From: Candidatus Hydrogenedentota bacterium
GTDB lineage: Bacteria > Hydrogenedentota > Hydrogenedentia > Hydrogenedentales > G963678445
Direction: 5' to 3'
DNA: 64,000 bases
Assembly (NCBI GenBank): GCA_963678445.1
Contig: OY782877.1
Coordinates: 566,528-630,527, forward strand
The position numbers and the translations under genes were made by a program. Positions 29,205 through 38,937 of this stretch are shown here, piece by piece (positions within the stretch are counted from its first letter, which is position 1; each line of letters begins with the position of its first letter). The notes below the pieces were generated by a model, which had not been told where the DNA came from, searched no databases, and saw nothing but the letters and a program-made list of their open reading frames with translations.

Positions 29205-29711
29205 TTATTTATCGTGCCTATTGCTATTGGCATGTCTGGATAGAAAAAGTTTATGAGGAGATGCGGGAAGTAGTCGATGTACGCGCCGTTTGTATTCACG
29301 GTAGGCCTCACCGTATTTTTCTTCAAGCCACTGCTCTTCTTTGTAGAGCAGGCTGCGCAGCACGATATACATGATCACTGGAATCGCCAGCAGTATCGGG
29401 GCACGGAAGAAAAGGAGTATGCCGGGGGCAAGAAACAAGATCCATGCGGCATAAATCGGGTTGCGGCAAAGTGCAAAGACGCCGCTGGTACAAAGCTCTT
29501 CTGCGTTGAAGCCCTTCACCAGGGTAATGGCGGACCATAGCAGAAAGGGAAAACCGATGAGTATAAGTAACGCGGCAAGGGTGTAGAAGCACCAGGGTGG
29601 AACAGAGGTCATCACCAGCGAATCGTGGAATAGAAAAGCAGCCAGCATAATGGGTAGGGACAGCAAGATGCTCCCTAAAGCCCATTTCCCGCCAATTCCC
29701 CAAACAGTCAT
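29205..29711 (-). CDS. isoprenylcysteine carboxyl methyltransferase (ICMT/PEMT) family membrane methyltransferase
   Basis: ..GVFALCRNPIYAAWILFLAPGILLF.. and ..EEQWLEEKYGEAYREYKRRV are typical of the family. Start chosen at the MTVWGIGG.. ATG; the ORF track extends it to 29822. Confidence 0.7.
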   Translation of the reverse strand: MTVWGIGGKWALGSILLSLPIMLAAFLFHDSLVMTSVPPWCFYTLAALLILIGFPFLLWSAITLVKGFNAEELCTSGVFALCRNPIYAAWILFLAPGILLFFRAPILLAIPVIMYIVLRSLLYKEEQWLEEKYGEAYREYKRRVHRLLPASPHKLFLSRHANSNRHDK

Positions 29712-29958
29712 AGTAGGTCTCCCATTTCTGCCAGTGGACACGCGACGCCTTAAATCTTCCCGCCAGCATAGCGCCACAGCCCGCCTCACCTCAAACACGG
29801 TAGCGCGTTTTTTTGAGCACATTAACGCAGTTAACCGTGAAATGGGCTTTTAAGTATCAGTCCCCCCGGCTTCTTTTCCTTTCCGCAGTCTGAGGGCAGG
29901 AGGAAACGCGTTGGCTTCGGATGTATAATAAGGGCTGCGTTATTCGGAGGTTGTCGCT

Positions 29959-32900
29959 GTGCCGTTTTATGCCGATTTACATATCCATTCCAAATATTCA
30001 CGGGCTACAAGTCGCAATTGTGACTTGGAGCACTTACTCTTTGGGGCGCGTAGAAAGGGAATTGCCGTACTGGGTGCAGGCGATTTTACGCATCCGGAAT
30101 GGGTGGCCGAATTACGGGAAAAGCTACAACCCGCCGAACCAGGTCTGTTCCGGCTACAGCCCGATCTGGCCAAGGCTGCGCTGCAGGATTTACCGCCCTC
30201 ATGCGCAGGAGAAACCCGCTTCATACTATCCTCCGAAATTTCTACTATCTATAAAAAGGGCGATAAAACGCGCAAGGTGCACCATCTCATCCTGGCCCCC
30301 GATTTTGACCATGTCGCCCGCCTGACCGCTTCGCTGGCGCGTGTGGGCAATCTGAAGGCGGACGGACGCCCCATTCTCGGACTGGACTCGCGGGATCTGC
30401 TCGAAATGGTCTTGGAATCTGGTGAGGGGGCCTATCTGATCCCTGCACATATCTGGACACCTTGGTTTTCCGCACTCGGCTCCAAGTCGGGCTTCGATGC
30501 CATATCGGAATGCTATGGCGATCTGGCAGAGCACATTTTTGCGGTCGAAACCGGCCTCTCTTCTGACCCGCCCATGAATTGGCGGCTTTCTTCGCTCGAC
30601 CGCTATCGGCTGGTGTCGAATTCGGATGCGCACTCCCCGCCAAATCTCGGACGCAATGCCTGCGTATTCACGTGTGAGATGGATTATTTCGCCATGCGAA
30701 ACGCCCTCGAAACCGGTGAGGGTTACGGCGGCACGGTCGAATTCTATCCGGAAAAAGGGAAATACCATCTCGACGGCCATCGTAAATGTGGCGTCTGCCT
30801 GCCGCCCACAGAAACACGGCGGCTAGAGGGACGCTGTCCGGTGTGTGGAAAACCGTTGGTGGTGGGCGTTATGCACCGTGTTGAGGCGCTGGCGGATCGT
30901 CCCGAGGGCGCGCGTCGACCCGACGCCGACCCATTTCGTAGTCTCATTCCACTACCCGAAATCCTCTCGGAACTTGAGCGGGTGGGCGCGGGCAGCAAAA
31001 AGGTGGCGCGTCTATACGAATCCCTTCTCATGCGTTTGGGACCGGAACTCCCTCTTCTGGAGCATACCGCCCTGGACGAAGTAGCCCGGCATAGTTCCGG
31101 ACTCCTGGTCGAAGCACTCCGGCGCATGCGTACCGGTGAAGTAATCCGCGAACCCGGCTATGATGGCGAATACGGTCGCATCCGCCTCTTTACACCCGAC
31201 GAGGTACACCGAGACGCAGCCACACCACTGCTCTTTCCCGAAGTGGCCGTGACGTCAACGACGACACCAGCGCAATCCGAGAGGCCCAAACCGTCCATCG
31301 TGACGAAGACGCAGACAAAAAGGGCCCATAAAACAAGTCCAAACCCGAAGGAGAAAACTCAGCCCACCTCGTTGCTGGACGGGCTGGATGCGGAACAGCG
31401 TGCCGCTGCCCAAACCCTGGAAGGACCTGTGCTGATTGTAGCCGGACCGGGCACGGGCAAGACCCGCACACTCACCCATCGCCTTGCGTATCTCATAAAA
31501 GAGGGAGGAGCCGTCCCTCAGCACTGCCTTGCAATTACCTTCACCCGCCGTGCTGCCCAGGAGATGCAGGAACGTCTTGCGCTATTGTTGCCCGACTCCG
31601 CTCCCATCCCCGTTCGCACTTTCCATGCGCTGGGGCTTGAACTGCTGCGTGAACAGGCCGCGCATGCAGGGCTCCCAACAAATTTCTCGGTCGCGGATGA
31701 AACGGAACAAATGGAACAGCTTGCCCGGCTCAGTGGTCTCTCTGGTAAACGCCTGCAACAACAATGGAAAGAAATCAGCTGCTGTAAACGGGAAGGAAAG
31801 CGCCCAGCACCCGGCTCTGAATCGGAAGCGTTCTTTACTGCGTATGAAACCAGCCTGCGCAAGGATGGACTGGTGGACTTTGATGATCTGCTGTCTCTTC
31901 CCGTACACCTGCTGGAGTCGGATCAGAATCTGGTTGAAACTTACCGGACTCGTTTTCGATGGATCTGCGTGGATGAGTATCAGGACATTGATGCGATGCA
32001 GTACCGCCTGCTGCGTCTGTTAATGCCGGACAACGGAAACCTCTGTGCTATCGGCGACCCCGATCAGGCAATCTACAGTTTCCGTGGTGCGGATCGCGGC
32101 TTCTTCCAACGCTTTCAACAGGATTATCCTGGGGCAAAGATATACACGCTCAAACGCAGTTACCGTTGCCCTCGCACCATCCTCGACGCCTCTTCCCAAG
32201 TGATGGAAGCTGCTGAACCCGACCGTGTACGACTTGAAGCGCTTCTCGATACTCCCGATCGAATCATGATCCATCAGGCCCCTACCGGTCGTGCGGAAGC
32301 CGAATTCGTGGTACAAACCATGGAAGCCCTCCTTGGGGGACACACGCTATTCTCACTGGACAGCGGACGCAGTGAAGGCCACAGCGGTCTAGACCTTGGT
32401 TTTTCCGACTTCGCTGTGCTCTACCGCACAGCAGCCCAGGCCGATCTGCTTTCTGAAGCCTTGGCGCGATCCGGTATCCCCTTCCAGCGCTGTTCCCATC
32501 AACGCCTGAGCGACGATCCTGTAGTACGCGAACTCATTGCCCTCCTTCGTCTCCAGACCAACGAGGGAACGGTACAAGAACGTCTGGACCGCGCTATTCA
32601 GGCGTTACGCACCACTGGAAGCCAGGAGGAATTTCAGGTGTCACCGCCTGAAAGTGCTACCCAACCCGATCCGATAGAACTCGCCTGCCTTCGCCTGACG
32701 CCTCTGGCGGCAAGCTGCGACAAGGATCTCACCCGTTTCCTCGATACCTTGGCACTGGGCGAAGAAACAGATTGCTGGGATCCCCGGGCGCAACGGGTTT
32801 CCCTACTCACCCTTCACGCGGCTAAAGGCCTTGAATTCCCCGTGGTCTTCATCACCGGCTGCGCCGACCGCATCCTCCCCCTCTATTGGGGAGACCACTT

Positions 32901-33135
32901 ATCCCATGCCGCACTCGAAGAAGAACGCCGCCTGTTCTACGTCGGTATGACCCGCGCCCAATCCCGACTCCTCCTCTCCGCCCCCCAACACATGCCCTGG
33001 CGCGGCAAAAAACGCACCTTCACCCCCTCGCCGTTTTTAGAAGAAATCAAAGAGCAACTACTAGAACGCCGACAACCTACCCTGCCCCATCGTCCAGCCC
33101 CACCCGCCTCGGAACAAATGCAACTCTTCCCGTAG
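29959..33135 (+). CDS. fusion protein: N-terminal EndoQ-like PHP nuclease with a Cys4 zinc finger, plus a C-terminal UvrD/PcrA-type superfamily-1 helicase
   Basis: MPFYADLHIHSKYSRATS.. PHP metal site. ..GHRKCGVC..GRCPVCGKPL.. zinc finger. Helicase motifs VAGPGTGKT, VDEYQD, GDPDQAIYSFRGA, LKRSYRC, LHAAKGLEFPVVF and YVGMTRAQ. Confidence 0.8.
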   Translation: MPFYADLHIHSKYSRATSRNCDLEHLLFGARRKGIAVLGAGDFTHPEWVAELREKLQPAEPGLFRLQPDLAKAALQDLPPSCAGETRFILSSEISTIYKKGDKTRKVHHLILAPDFDHVARLTASLARVGNLKADGRPILGLDSRDLLEMVLESGEGAYLIPAHIWTPWFSALGSKSGFDAISECYGDLAEHIFAVETGLSSDPPMNWRLSSLDRYRLVSNSDAHSPPNLGRNACVFTCEMDYFAMRNALETGEGYGGTVEFYPEKGKYHLDGHRKCGVCLPPTETRRLEGRCPVCGKPLVVGVMHRVEALADRPEGARRPDADPFRSLIPLPEILSELERVGAGSKKVARLYESLLMRLGPELPLLEHTALDEVARHSSGLLVEALRRMRTGEVIREPGYDGEYGRIRLFTPDEVHRDAATPLLFPEVAVTSTTTPAQSERPKPSIVTKTQTKRAHKTSPNPKEKTQPTSLLDGLDAEQRAAAQTLEGPVLIVAGPGTGKTRTLTHRLAYLIKEGGAVPQHCLAITFTRRAAQEMQERLALLLPDSAPIPVRTFHALGLELLREQAAHAGLPTNFSVADETEQMEQLARLSGLSGKRLQQQWKEISCCKREGKRPAPGSESEAFFTAYETSLRKDGLVDFDDLLSLPVHLLESDQNLVETYRTRFRWICVDEYQDIDAMQYRLLRLLMPDNGNLCAIGDPDQAIYSFRGADRGFFQRFQQDYPGAKIYTLKRSYRCPRTILDASSQVMEAAEPDRVRLEALLDTPDRIMIHQAPTGRAEAEFVVQTMEALLGGHTLFSLDSGRSEGHSGLDLGFSDFAVLYRTAAQADLLSEALARSGIPFQRCSHQRLSDDPVVRELIALLRLQTNEGTVQERLDRAIQALRTTGSQEEFQVSPPESATQPDPIELACLRLTPLAASCDKDLTRFLDTLALGEETDCWDPRAQRVSLLTLHAAKGLEFPVVFITGCADRILPLYWGDHLSHAALEEERRLFYVGMTRAQSRLLLSAPQHMPWRGKKRTFTPSPFLEEIKEQLLERRQPTLPHRPAPPASEQMQLFP

Positions 33136-33279
33136 CAACAGGAAGTGCTTGTATAAATAGCCCACACCTGGAGTCCTAAAAAAAAGACGGACAATACTGT
33201 CCGTCTTTTGACCTTGCTTTTACTCCACTAACTCTAAAGGCGAGCTACCGTAAGTCCAACGGCCTGAGTGGATTAAAAA

Positions 33280-33357
33280 TGGTCGGGGTGAGAGGATTTG
33301 AACCTCCGGCCTCTTCGTCCCGAACGAAGCGCGCTAACCGGGCTGCGCTACACCCCG
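33280..33357 (-). tRNA. tRNA-Pro (anticodon CGG), CCA encoded
   Basis: The reverse complement folds as a cloverleaf: acceptor CGGGGTG/CACCCCG, anticodon stem CTTCG/CGAAG with loop TTCGGGA, and T-loop GGTTCAAATCC. Confidence 0.9.
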
Positions 33358-33369
33358 AAATGTGGGCGT

Positions 33370-33399
33370 ATTGTAGCGTATCTTTTGAGGGTATATCAA
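33370..33399 (-). promoter_or_regulatory. sigma70-like promoter TTGATA-N18-TACAAT upstream of tRNA-Pro
   Basis: On the minus strand the -10 TACAAT (33370-33375) ends 12 nt before the tRNA 5' end, and the -35 TTGATA is at 33394-33399. Confidence 0.4.
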
Positions 33400-33612
33400 G
33401 GAAGCTCGCGTTTTTTTTCTGGTATCAGGTTCGTATATTAGTACATAATTTTATAGGTGGCCGTCTGGGGCGGTTGAAATATCCGTGCGCTAACCAGCGG
33501 GGAGCGTAGCTGCGCGGTATATACTGGATTGTTGTCGCTGTTTGCAGCCCGGCCTCTTTGAAACTGTTGACGCCGGATTTGTGTTGGAATCTATTTAACC
33601 TTGGGAGGCTTG

Positions 33613-34284
33613 ATGATGGAATATCTTAGGATGGGATTGCTTATTCTTCTTGGCGTGGGGCTAATGCTCAGTACGCACGCATCGGAAAACCGTTGGGAGA
33701 GTGCGATTGCTGCTTTTGAAGCGCAAGATAAAAAGGAAGCACAGGAGAAGAATGAAATTCTATTTCTAGGGAGTTCCAGCATCCGCATGTGGGATATTAA
33801 AAAGTTTTTCCCGGATTTACCCGCCTTGAATCGTGGTTTTGGCGGCTCAACGATTGCCGATGTAAACCTGTTTTTTGATCGACTTGTTACGGTCTATGCA
33901 CCCCGCACTATTGTGTTTTACTCGGGTGACAATGACATTGCAAATGGGAATTCCGCGGAAGAGGTACTGGAGGACTTCAAGACGTTTTTTACGAGATTAC
34001 GAACGGTCTTGCCTGAAACCCGGTTGGTGTTAATCTCAATTAAACCAAGCATCGCCCGTTGGCACTGTTTTAAAGAGATACATAAAGCCAATGCGTTGCT
34101 GCAAGAGTATGTTTTGAATCAGAAAAACACCTGCTATGTGGATAGTGAAACGACGATGCTGAATCAGGATGGAAAACCTGACAAAAGCCTTTTATTAGAA
34201 GACGGGCTGCATCTGAATGAGGCCGGTTATACAGCGTGGACGAAACTCGTTGTACCTTGTTTGCAGGACGACAAAAAGGAGTAG
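33613..34284 (+). CDS. secreted SGNH/GDSL-family hydrolase (acetylesterase-like)
   Basis: Blocks ..ILFLGSSSIRMW.., ..GFGGSTIAD.., ..FYSGDNDI.. and ..DGLHLNEAGY... Signal peptide present. GGGAGG lies upstream of the ATG at 33613. Confidence 0.8.
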   Translation: MMEYLRMGLLILLGVGLMLSTHASENRWESAIAAFEAQDKKEAQEKNEILFLGSSSIRMWDIKKFFPDLPALNRGFGGSTIADVNLFFDRLVTVYAPRTIVFYSGDNDIANGNSAEEVLEDFKTFFTRLRTVLPETRLVLISIKPSIARWHCFKEIHKANALLQEYVLNQKNTCYVDSETTMLNQDGKPDKSLLLEDGLHLNEAGYTAWTKLVVPCLQDDKKE

Positions 34285-34476
34285 GCGCTTTTGAAAGTGC
34301 GCATACGCCCGTACTATTGTGCGGATGTCCGTTTTTTTTCTAGCACGGACCGCCCAACAACTTATCCCAAAAATGAAACTTTATAGTGGTCAGGGATGGT
34401 GAAAACCACACGCTTGGTTTTATCCCTGGCCACTTTCGATTGTACAGGTCTCCAGGCCTGTTCGTGGAGTGAAATA

Positions 34477-35943
34477 ATGAAGACGTTTACAGGCATATCA
34501 GAACCCCGTTGGACCAGCACACGTGAAGTACTCATGATGTCCGGCCCGATTATTTTAGGCTCGCTGTCATACACCGTGATGGAGTTCTGCGACAAACTCA
34601 TGGTCTCACAGTTGGGCACCAATGAAATCGCGGCGGCGGGTTCCGCATCGATCTGGTCCTGGATGCTGGGTACGGTTTTGTTTGGCATAGTCGGATGCGT
34701 GGCCACATTTGTGGCGCAATGCATTGGACGCGACGAATACGCCCATTGCGCACGCTACACCTGGCAGGGAATCTATCTCTCCCTGGTGGCAGGTCTGGTC
34801 GCACTGCCCCTATGGCCGCTGTCGGGTTCCATATTCCGCCTGATGGGGCACAGCGCATCGGTAACACAATTGGAAGTCTCTTATTTTAATCTACGCCTGT
34901 TGGGCTATCTCCCCATGGCGGGAATCAGCGCGCTGGCCGCATTCTTCATGGCAATCAACCAACCGCGGATTCCCATGTATGTCGCCATGGTCGCCATGGT
35001 GCTCAACGTGGCGCTGAATTTCCTGCTGATCTTTGGCTCTCGCTCGCTGGGAATACCCGTGATAGAACTCTTTGGTTTTTCTCTGGCGACGCCACGCCTG
35101 GAATTGGGCGGGGCGGCCATCGCCACCGTACTGGCGCAGTGGCTCCAGATGGTATTGCTGCTGTGTGTTTTCCTCAACCGGAAATATCACAAAAAGTATG
35201 CCACACGTACAACCTGGGCTATCGATATACCCCGTATGCGCGAACTACTCAGCATTGGTCTTCCCAGTGGTTTCGGGATGTTCCTGGATGTAGCAAACTG
35301 GGGCATATTTACGAGTTTTATCATCGGACGTTTTGGATCGGACCAACTGGCAGCGCACAACATTGCGTTGAGCTTCATGCACATTTCATTTATGCCGGCA
35401 GTCGCCATGAGCCAGGGAATTTCAGCGATTGTAGGACAATGGATTGGCCGTCAGGATATTCCTCGCGCAAAGCTACGCACCTATACAGGCATCCGTATCA
35501 CGGCGCTTTACATGATGATTATGGGCGCAACCTTTGCCATTTTCGGTGGCAGATTGGTTGGCTGGATGTTTAGCGACGACCCCGAAGTGATCTGCCTGGC
35601 GCATCGTCTGCTGATTCTGGCAGCCGTATTCCAGGGGTTCGATGCCGTCAACATCATCTGCATGGGTGCATTGCGAGGGGCTGGAGATACGCATTGGATG
35701 ATGCGTGTCATGTTCGCAGCTGCGTATCTATTCTTCCTGCCCCTGAGTATTATTTGCTCGTTCACACTACATGGCGAAGCATTTGGCGCATGGATTGCGG
35801 CAACCGTGTACGTCACTGGTTTAAGTAGCATTTTGTTCAAACGCTTCCAGGGAGAACGTTGGCGCGACATTAATATCTTCTCACAAACAGCGACTGCTAC
35901 TGCAGCCCCCCCTGCTGCTGAATCTATGACAGACGCCGAGTAA
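34477..35943 (+). CDS. MATE-family multidrug/efflux transporter
   Basis: 12-TM profile. The N-terminus ..REVLMMSGPIILGSLSYTVMEFCDKLMVSQLG..IAAAG.. is typical of NorM/MATE. The start could instead be the upstream ATG at 34396. Confidence 0.8.
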   Translation: MKTFTGISEPRWTSTREVLMMSGPIILGSLSYTVMEFCDKLMVSQLGTNEIAAAGSASIWSWMLGTVLFGIVGCVATFVAQCIGRDEYAHCARYTWQGIYLSLVAGLVALPLWPLSGSIFRLMGHSASVTQLEVSYFNLRLLGYLPMAGISALAAFFMAINQPRIPMYVAMVAMVLNVALNFLLIFGSRSLGIPVIELFGFSLATPRLELGGAAIATVLAQWLQMVLLLCVFLNRKYHKKYATRTTWAIDIPRMRELLSIGLPSGFGMFLDVANWGIFTSFIIGRFGSDQLAAHNIALSFMHISFMPAVAMSQGISAIVGQWIGRQDIPRAKLRTYTGIRITALYMMIMGATFAIFGGRLVGWMFSDDPEVICLAHRLLILAAVFQGFDAVNIICMGALRGAGDTHWMMRVMFAAAYLFFLPLSIICSFTLHGEAFGAWIAATVYVTGLSSILFKRFQGERWRDINIFSQTATATAAPPAAESMTDAE

Positions 35944-36019
35944 CGTTCCGCCCTCCGACAAAAAAGGCGGGAATCTTTGAAACCAAAGATTCCCGCCATG
36001 ACAAACAAATCCAGAAAGG

Positions 36020-37744
36020 TCACATACGCTCTGGCGCCTCGATTCCCAAGAGGTTTAAAGCATTTGTGAGGGTCTGCAAAGTAGCCTGGCACAGTTGGAC
36101 GCGTGCCTGCACCAGTGCCGGGGTGTCAGCAGTCAGCACCGGACAGTCGTGGTAGAACGTGGTGAAGGCATGCGCCAGCTCCAACGCATAGACCGCGATA
36201 GAAGCGCACGTCCGCTGTGCGATTGCGCTGGATATAATCCCGCTAAAATCCGCTATCTTGCTGATAAGCATCCATTCCGCATCACTTGTGGCTGGATATT
36301 CATCGCTGACACTCTGGGAGAGTTCCCCTTCATACTTGCGCAAAATTGAATTGATCCGTGCGCAGCAGTACTGAATGTAGGGACCGGTGTCCCCTTGGAA
36401 AGAAAGCGCCGCATCCATATCGAAAGTGACATTTTTATTGGGATTAACCCGCAATACCGCAAAGCGTATAGCCGCCACAGCAACCTGATTGGCAATCGTC
36501 TGCTGTTCATCAGCGGAAAGATCTTTACATTGTTCCGCCACACGTTCCGCAGCAAGCGTCGCAGCCTGATCGAGAAAGTCCGACAACAAGACCACCTTGC
36601 CCTGCCGCGTCGACATCTTGCCATCTTTCAAAAGGATATAGGCGTAGTACAACGCCTCCGGCGCAGGATGGCCAGCGGCATTGAGAATAAGCGCCTGCTG
36701 CTGGGCATAAAGCTTATGGTCTTCCCCCAACACCATGAGGTTAATATCTGCGCCCAAATCATTTTTATCCAACGCATAGGCCAAATCCCGAAAGCCATAC
36801 ATCGAGCTGCCATTGGCCCGACGCAATACAAAGTAACGTCCCTCTTCCGGCTTGTGCCCAATCTTAGACAAATCAATGACCAGTCGCTTGTCTTCATCAA
36901 TAAAGACCGCGTCCTTTTTGTCCAACGCATCCAGAATTTGTTCAAAACGCGGATCGTTTACATACTTCGATTCATGATCAAACGTATCATAGCTGGCGCC
37001 TATACGCGCCAACACGGCTAATTGTCCCTTCAAACACAAATCCGTCACCGCACGGAACTTTTCCTGCGCCTCCGGATTCCCCTCCTCCATCTGCAGCAAC
37101 AACTCATACCCCGCCTGCGCAAAAGCTTCATCCGCTTTAGCACGTTCATTAGCCTGCACATAGGCATCGAGAATTTGGTCAAAAGTCAGATCTTCCAACT
37201 CATCTGCGATCAGCACCAACAACCCGATTTGACGGCCCATATCGTTGACATAATAGTGCACATCGACATCGTAGCCCTCGAAACGGAAGAGGCGGGTGAT
37301 GCTGTCGCCAATCATGGCGCAACGCGCCCGACCCACATGCGGGCTGGCATTGGGATTAATACTGGTATGCTCAATCACAGCCCGCTTGCCCTGCCCACTC
37401 TGCTGCGAGCCAAAGCCTACCTTTTCCCCAAGCACCGCCGCTACAATTTTGCCACTAATCTGAGCGCGATCCAATTTCAGATTCAGATAAGGCCCCATAG
37501 CATTGGCTTCCAGCACCGCCGGACCAAAATCAATCTTTTCCACCCCCTCCGCAGCCAAACGCGGTGGAGCCGTCTTTAACTTTCGGGCAGGCAAAAACAT
37601 CGGAATGGCGACATCACCCAAACTCGGATTCGGGGGCGTATTAAAAACAATGTCTGCTGCATCCAATTGCGGATACGCAGCCAGTATAGGGGCAATCAGA
37701 GATTCATAGGGATTCACGGTATACTCCTGTCGTTGCCCGTGCAT
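36020..37744 (-). CDS. argS: arginine--tRNA ligase
   Basis: 574 aa with ..SINPNASPHVGRAR.. (HIGH-type), ..KMSTRQGKVV.. (KMSKS-type) and the C-terminal anticodon-binding DALR domain. Confidence 0.93.
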   Translation of the reverse strand: MHGQRQEYTVNPYESLIAPILAAYPQLDAADIVFNTPPNPSLGDVAIPMFLPARKLKTAPPRLAAEGVEKIDFGPAVLEANAMGPYLNLKLDRAQISGKIVAAVLGEKVGFGSQQSGQGKRAVIEHTSINPNASPHVGRARCAMIGDSITRLFRFEGYDVDVHYYVNDMGRQIGLLVLIADELEDLTFDQILDAYVQANERAKADEAFAQAGYELLLQMEEGNPEAQEKFRAVTDLCLKGQLAVLARIGASYDTFDHESKYVNDPRFEQILDALDKKDAVFIDEDKRLVIDLSKIGHKPEEGRYFVLRRANGSSMYGFRDLAYALDKNDLGADINLMVLGEDHKLYAQQQALILNAAGHPAPEALYYAYILLKDGKMSTRQGKVVLLSDFLDQAATLAAERVAEQCKDLSADEQQTIANQVAVAAIRFAVLRVNPNKNVTFDMDAALSFQGDTGPYIQYCCARINSILRKYEGELSQSVSDEYPATSDAEWMLISKIADFSGIISSAIAQRTCASIAVYALELAHAFTTFYHDCPVLTADTPALVQARVQLCQATLQTLTNALNLLGIEAPERM

Positions 37745-38168
37745 CGCTCGTGCGCAGGCAGTAAAACTATTTATTTTTTCTGTTGGACGCTAACATCCAT
37801 CAAAGGTGTAACAAACGGAAGAGAATATTATATAGTAATTGCACCTACACAAGAAAATGTCTCCCAGGCAGGGAGAAGAAAGAAGCACTGTTACAGACAA
37901 AAAGCGTTCCTCCTGCAAGAGGGGACAGGAGAACGGGACATCAATTATTTAATCTCGCCAGAACGCGTGACGTTTACACGAAGAGAGACCAGGAAAGGGA
38001 TGGTATGAGACATGTAAGGACGATTTCATGCGCACCTGCTGCCGCACAAGAAGGGCAGTTGGATACGACGGAAAACATTATCATTATTTTGTTAACGGTG
38101 ATCTTTCAAGGATGGGACAATTTCCAGCCGGTCATCCAGAATCTACAATCCTTCTACAGGAAAACCCC

Positions 38169-38256
38169 CTAAGGTGGTCCAGGGATCACCGCCAGGAGTT
38201 ATTGTGTTCGCCAGGCATAACCACAGCAAGATTGCAGTTTCTTTTACTGGTTTTGG
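38169..38256 (+). repeat. Family-A structured repeat, degenerate copy
   Basis: ctaaggtggtccagggatcacc... retains hairpin 1 with one G-T position. The rest has diverged. Confidence 0.45.
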
Positions 38257-38337
38257 GGATGACAGCCACGGAATAATCTAAACAATGGCCAGCACCCCAT
38301 TGAGATGCTGGCCATTGTAAACAAACGCGATTCTATG

Positions 38338-38937
38338 CTACTCCGAAGCAGCCCCAGCGCCCTGCGTCTTATCCGCTGGAGACGCGTTTTTGTTTTCTAA
38401 CGCTTCCCGCGCCCGTTGCTCCAACGCTGCTTCATATTGATCTGTTTCGGAAATAAAACGTTCCTCCACAATAATCAGATGGAAGCCATGCTCGGTAGAA
38501 ATCACTTCGCTTAGTTCGCCTACAGGGGCTTCCCAGGCATACTCCTCGTAGCCCTTTACAAAGGAATTACGGGGATAAAATCCCAAATCACCGCCCCGCC
38601 GGGCACTGACAGTGTCATCGGAATATTCACGCGCCAACTTGGCAAAATCCTCTCCCTCCAAGATACGGTTACGCAAATCCGTGATAAGCTCAAGGGCACG
38701 GGTACGATCCGCAGGGTCCTGCCTGTCGTAACGAATCAGAATATGCCGTGTATGTACCTGCGAACCATGCGGACGCGGGGGCTTCACCATAAAAAACAGC
38801 AACGCTATCATCACAACAAATCCGATAGCAATCCCCCACCACAGCAACCGTACCGGATCCTTTACAGGCTCTTGCCCTTCCATCTCTGGGGCCATCGTTT
38901 CCATCCTCCTTTTCTGAATATATCCCGACGCGGTCAA
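38338..38937 (-). CDS. membrane-anchored parvulin-type peptidyl-prolyl isomerase (PpiC family)
   Basis: TM helix (LLWWGIAIGFVVMIALLFFMV) followed by ..HTRHILI.., ..FAKLAREYSDD..ARRGGDLGF.. and ..TEHGFHLIIVE, typical of rotamase/PpiC. Confidence 0.8.
   Translation of the reverse strand: MTASGYIQKRRMETMAPEMEGQEPVKDPVRLLWWGIAIGFVVMIALLFFMVKPPRPHGSQVHTRHILIRYDRQDPADRTRALELITDLRNRILEGEDFAKLAREYSDDTVSARRGGDLGFYPRNSFVKGYEEYAWEAPVGELSEVISTEHGFHLIIVEERFISETDQYEAALEQRAREALENKNASPADKTQGAGAASE

Noticed and set aside
35508-36092. 194-aa minus-strand ORF bridging the MATE 3' end and the argS 3' end.
   Set aside because: It is antisense to the MATE transporter gene and overlaps the argS stop region. It has no recognisable features.
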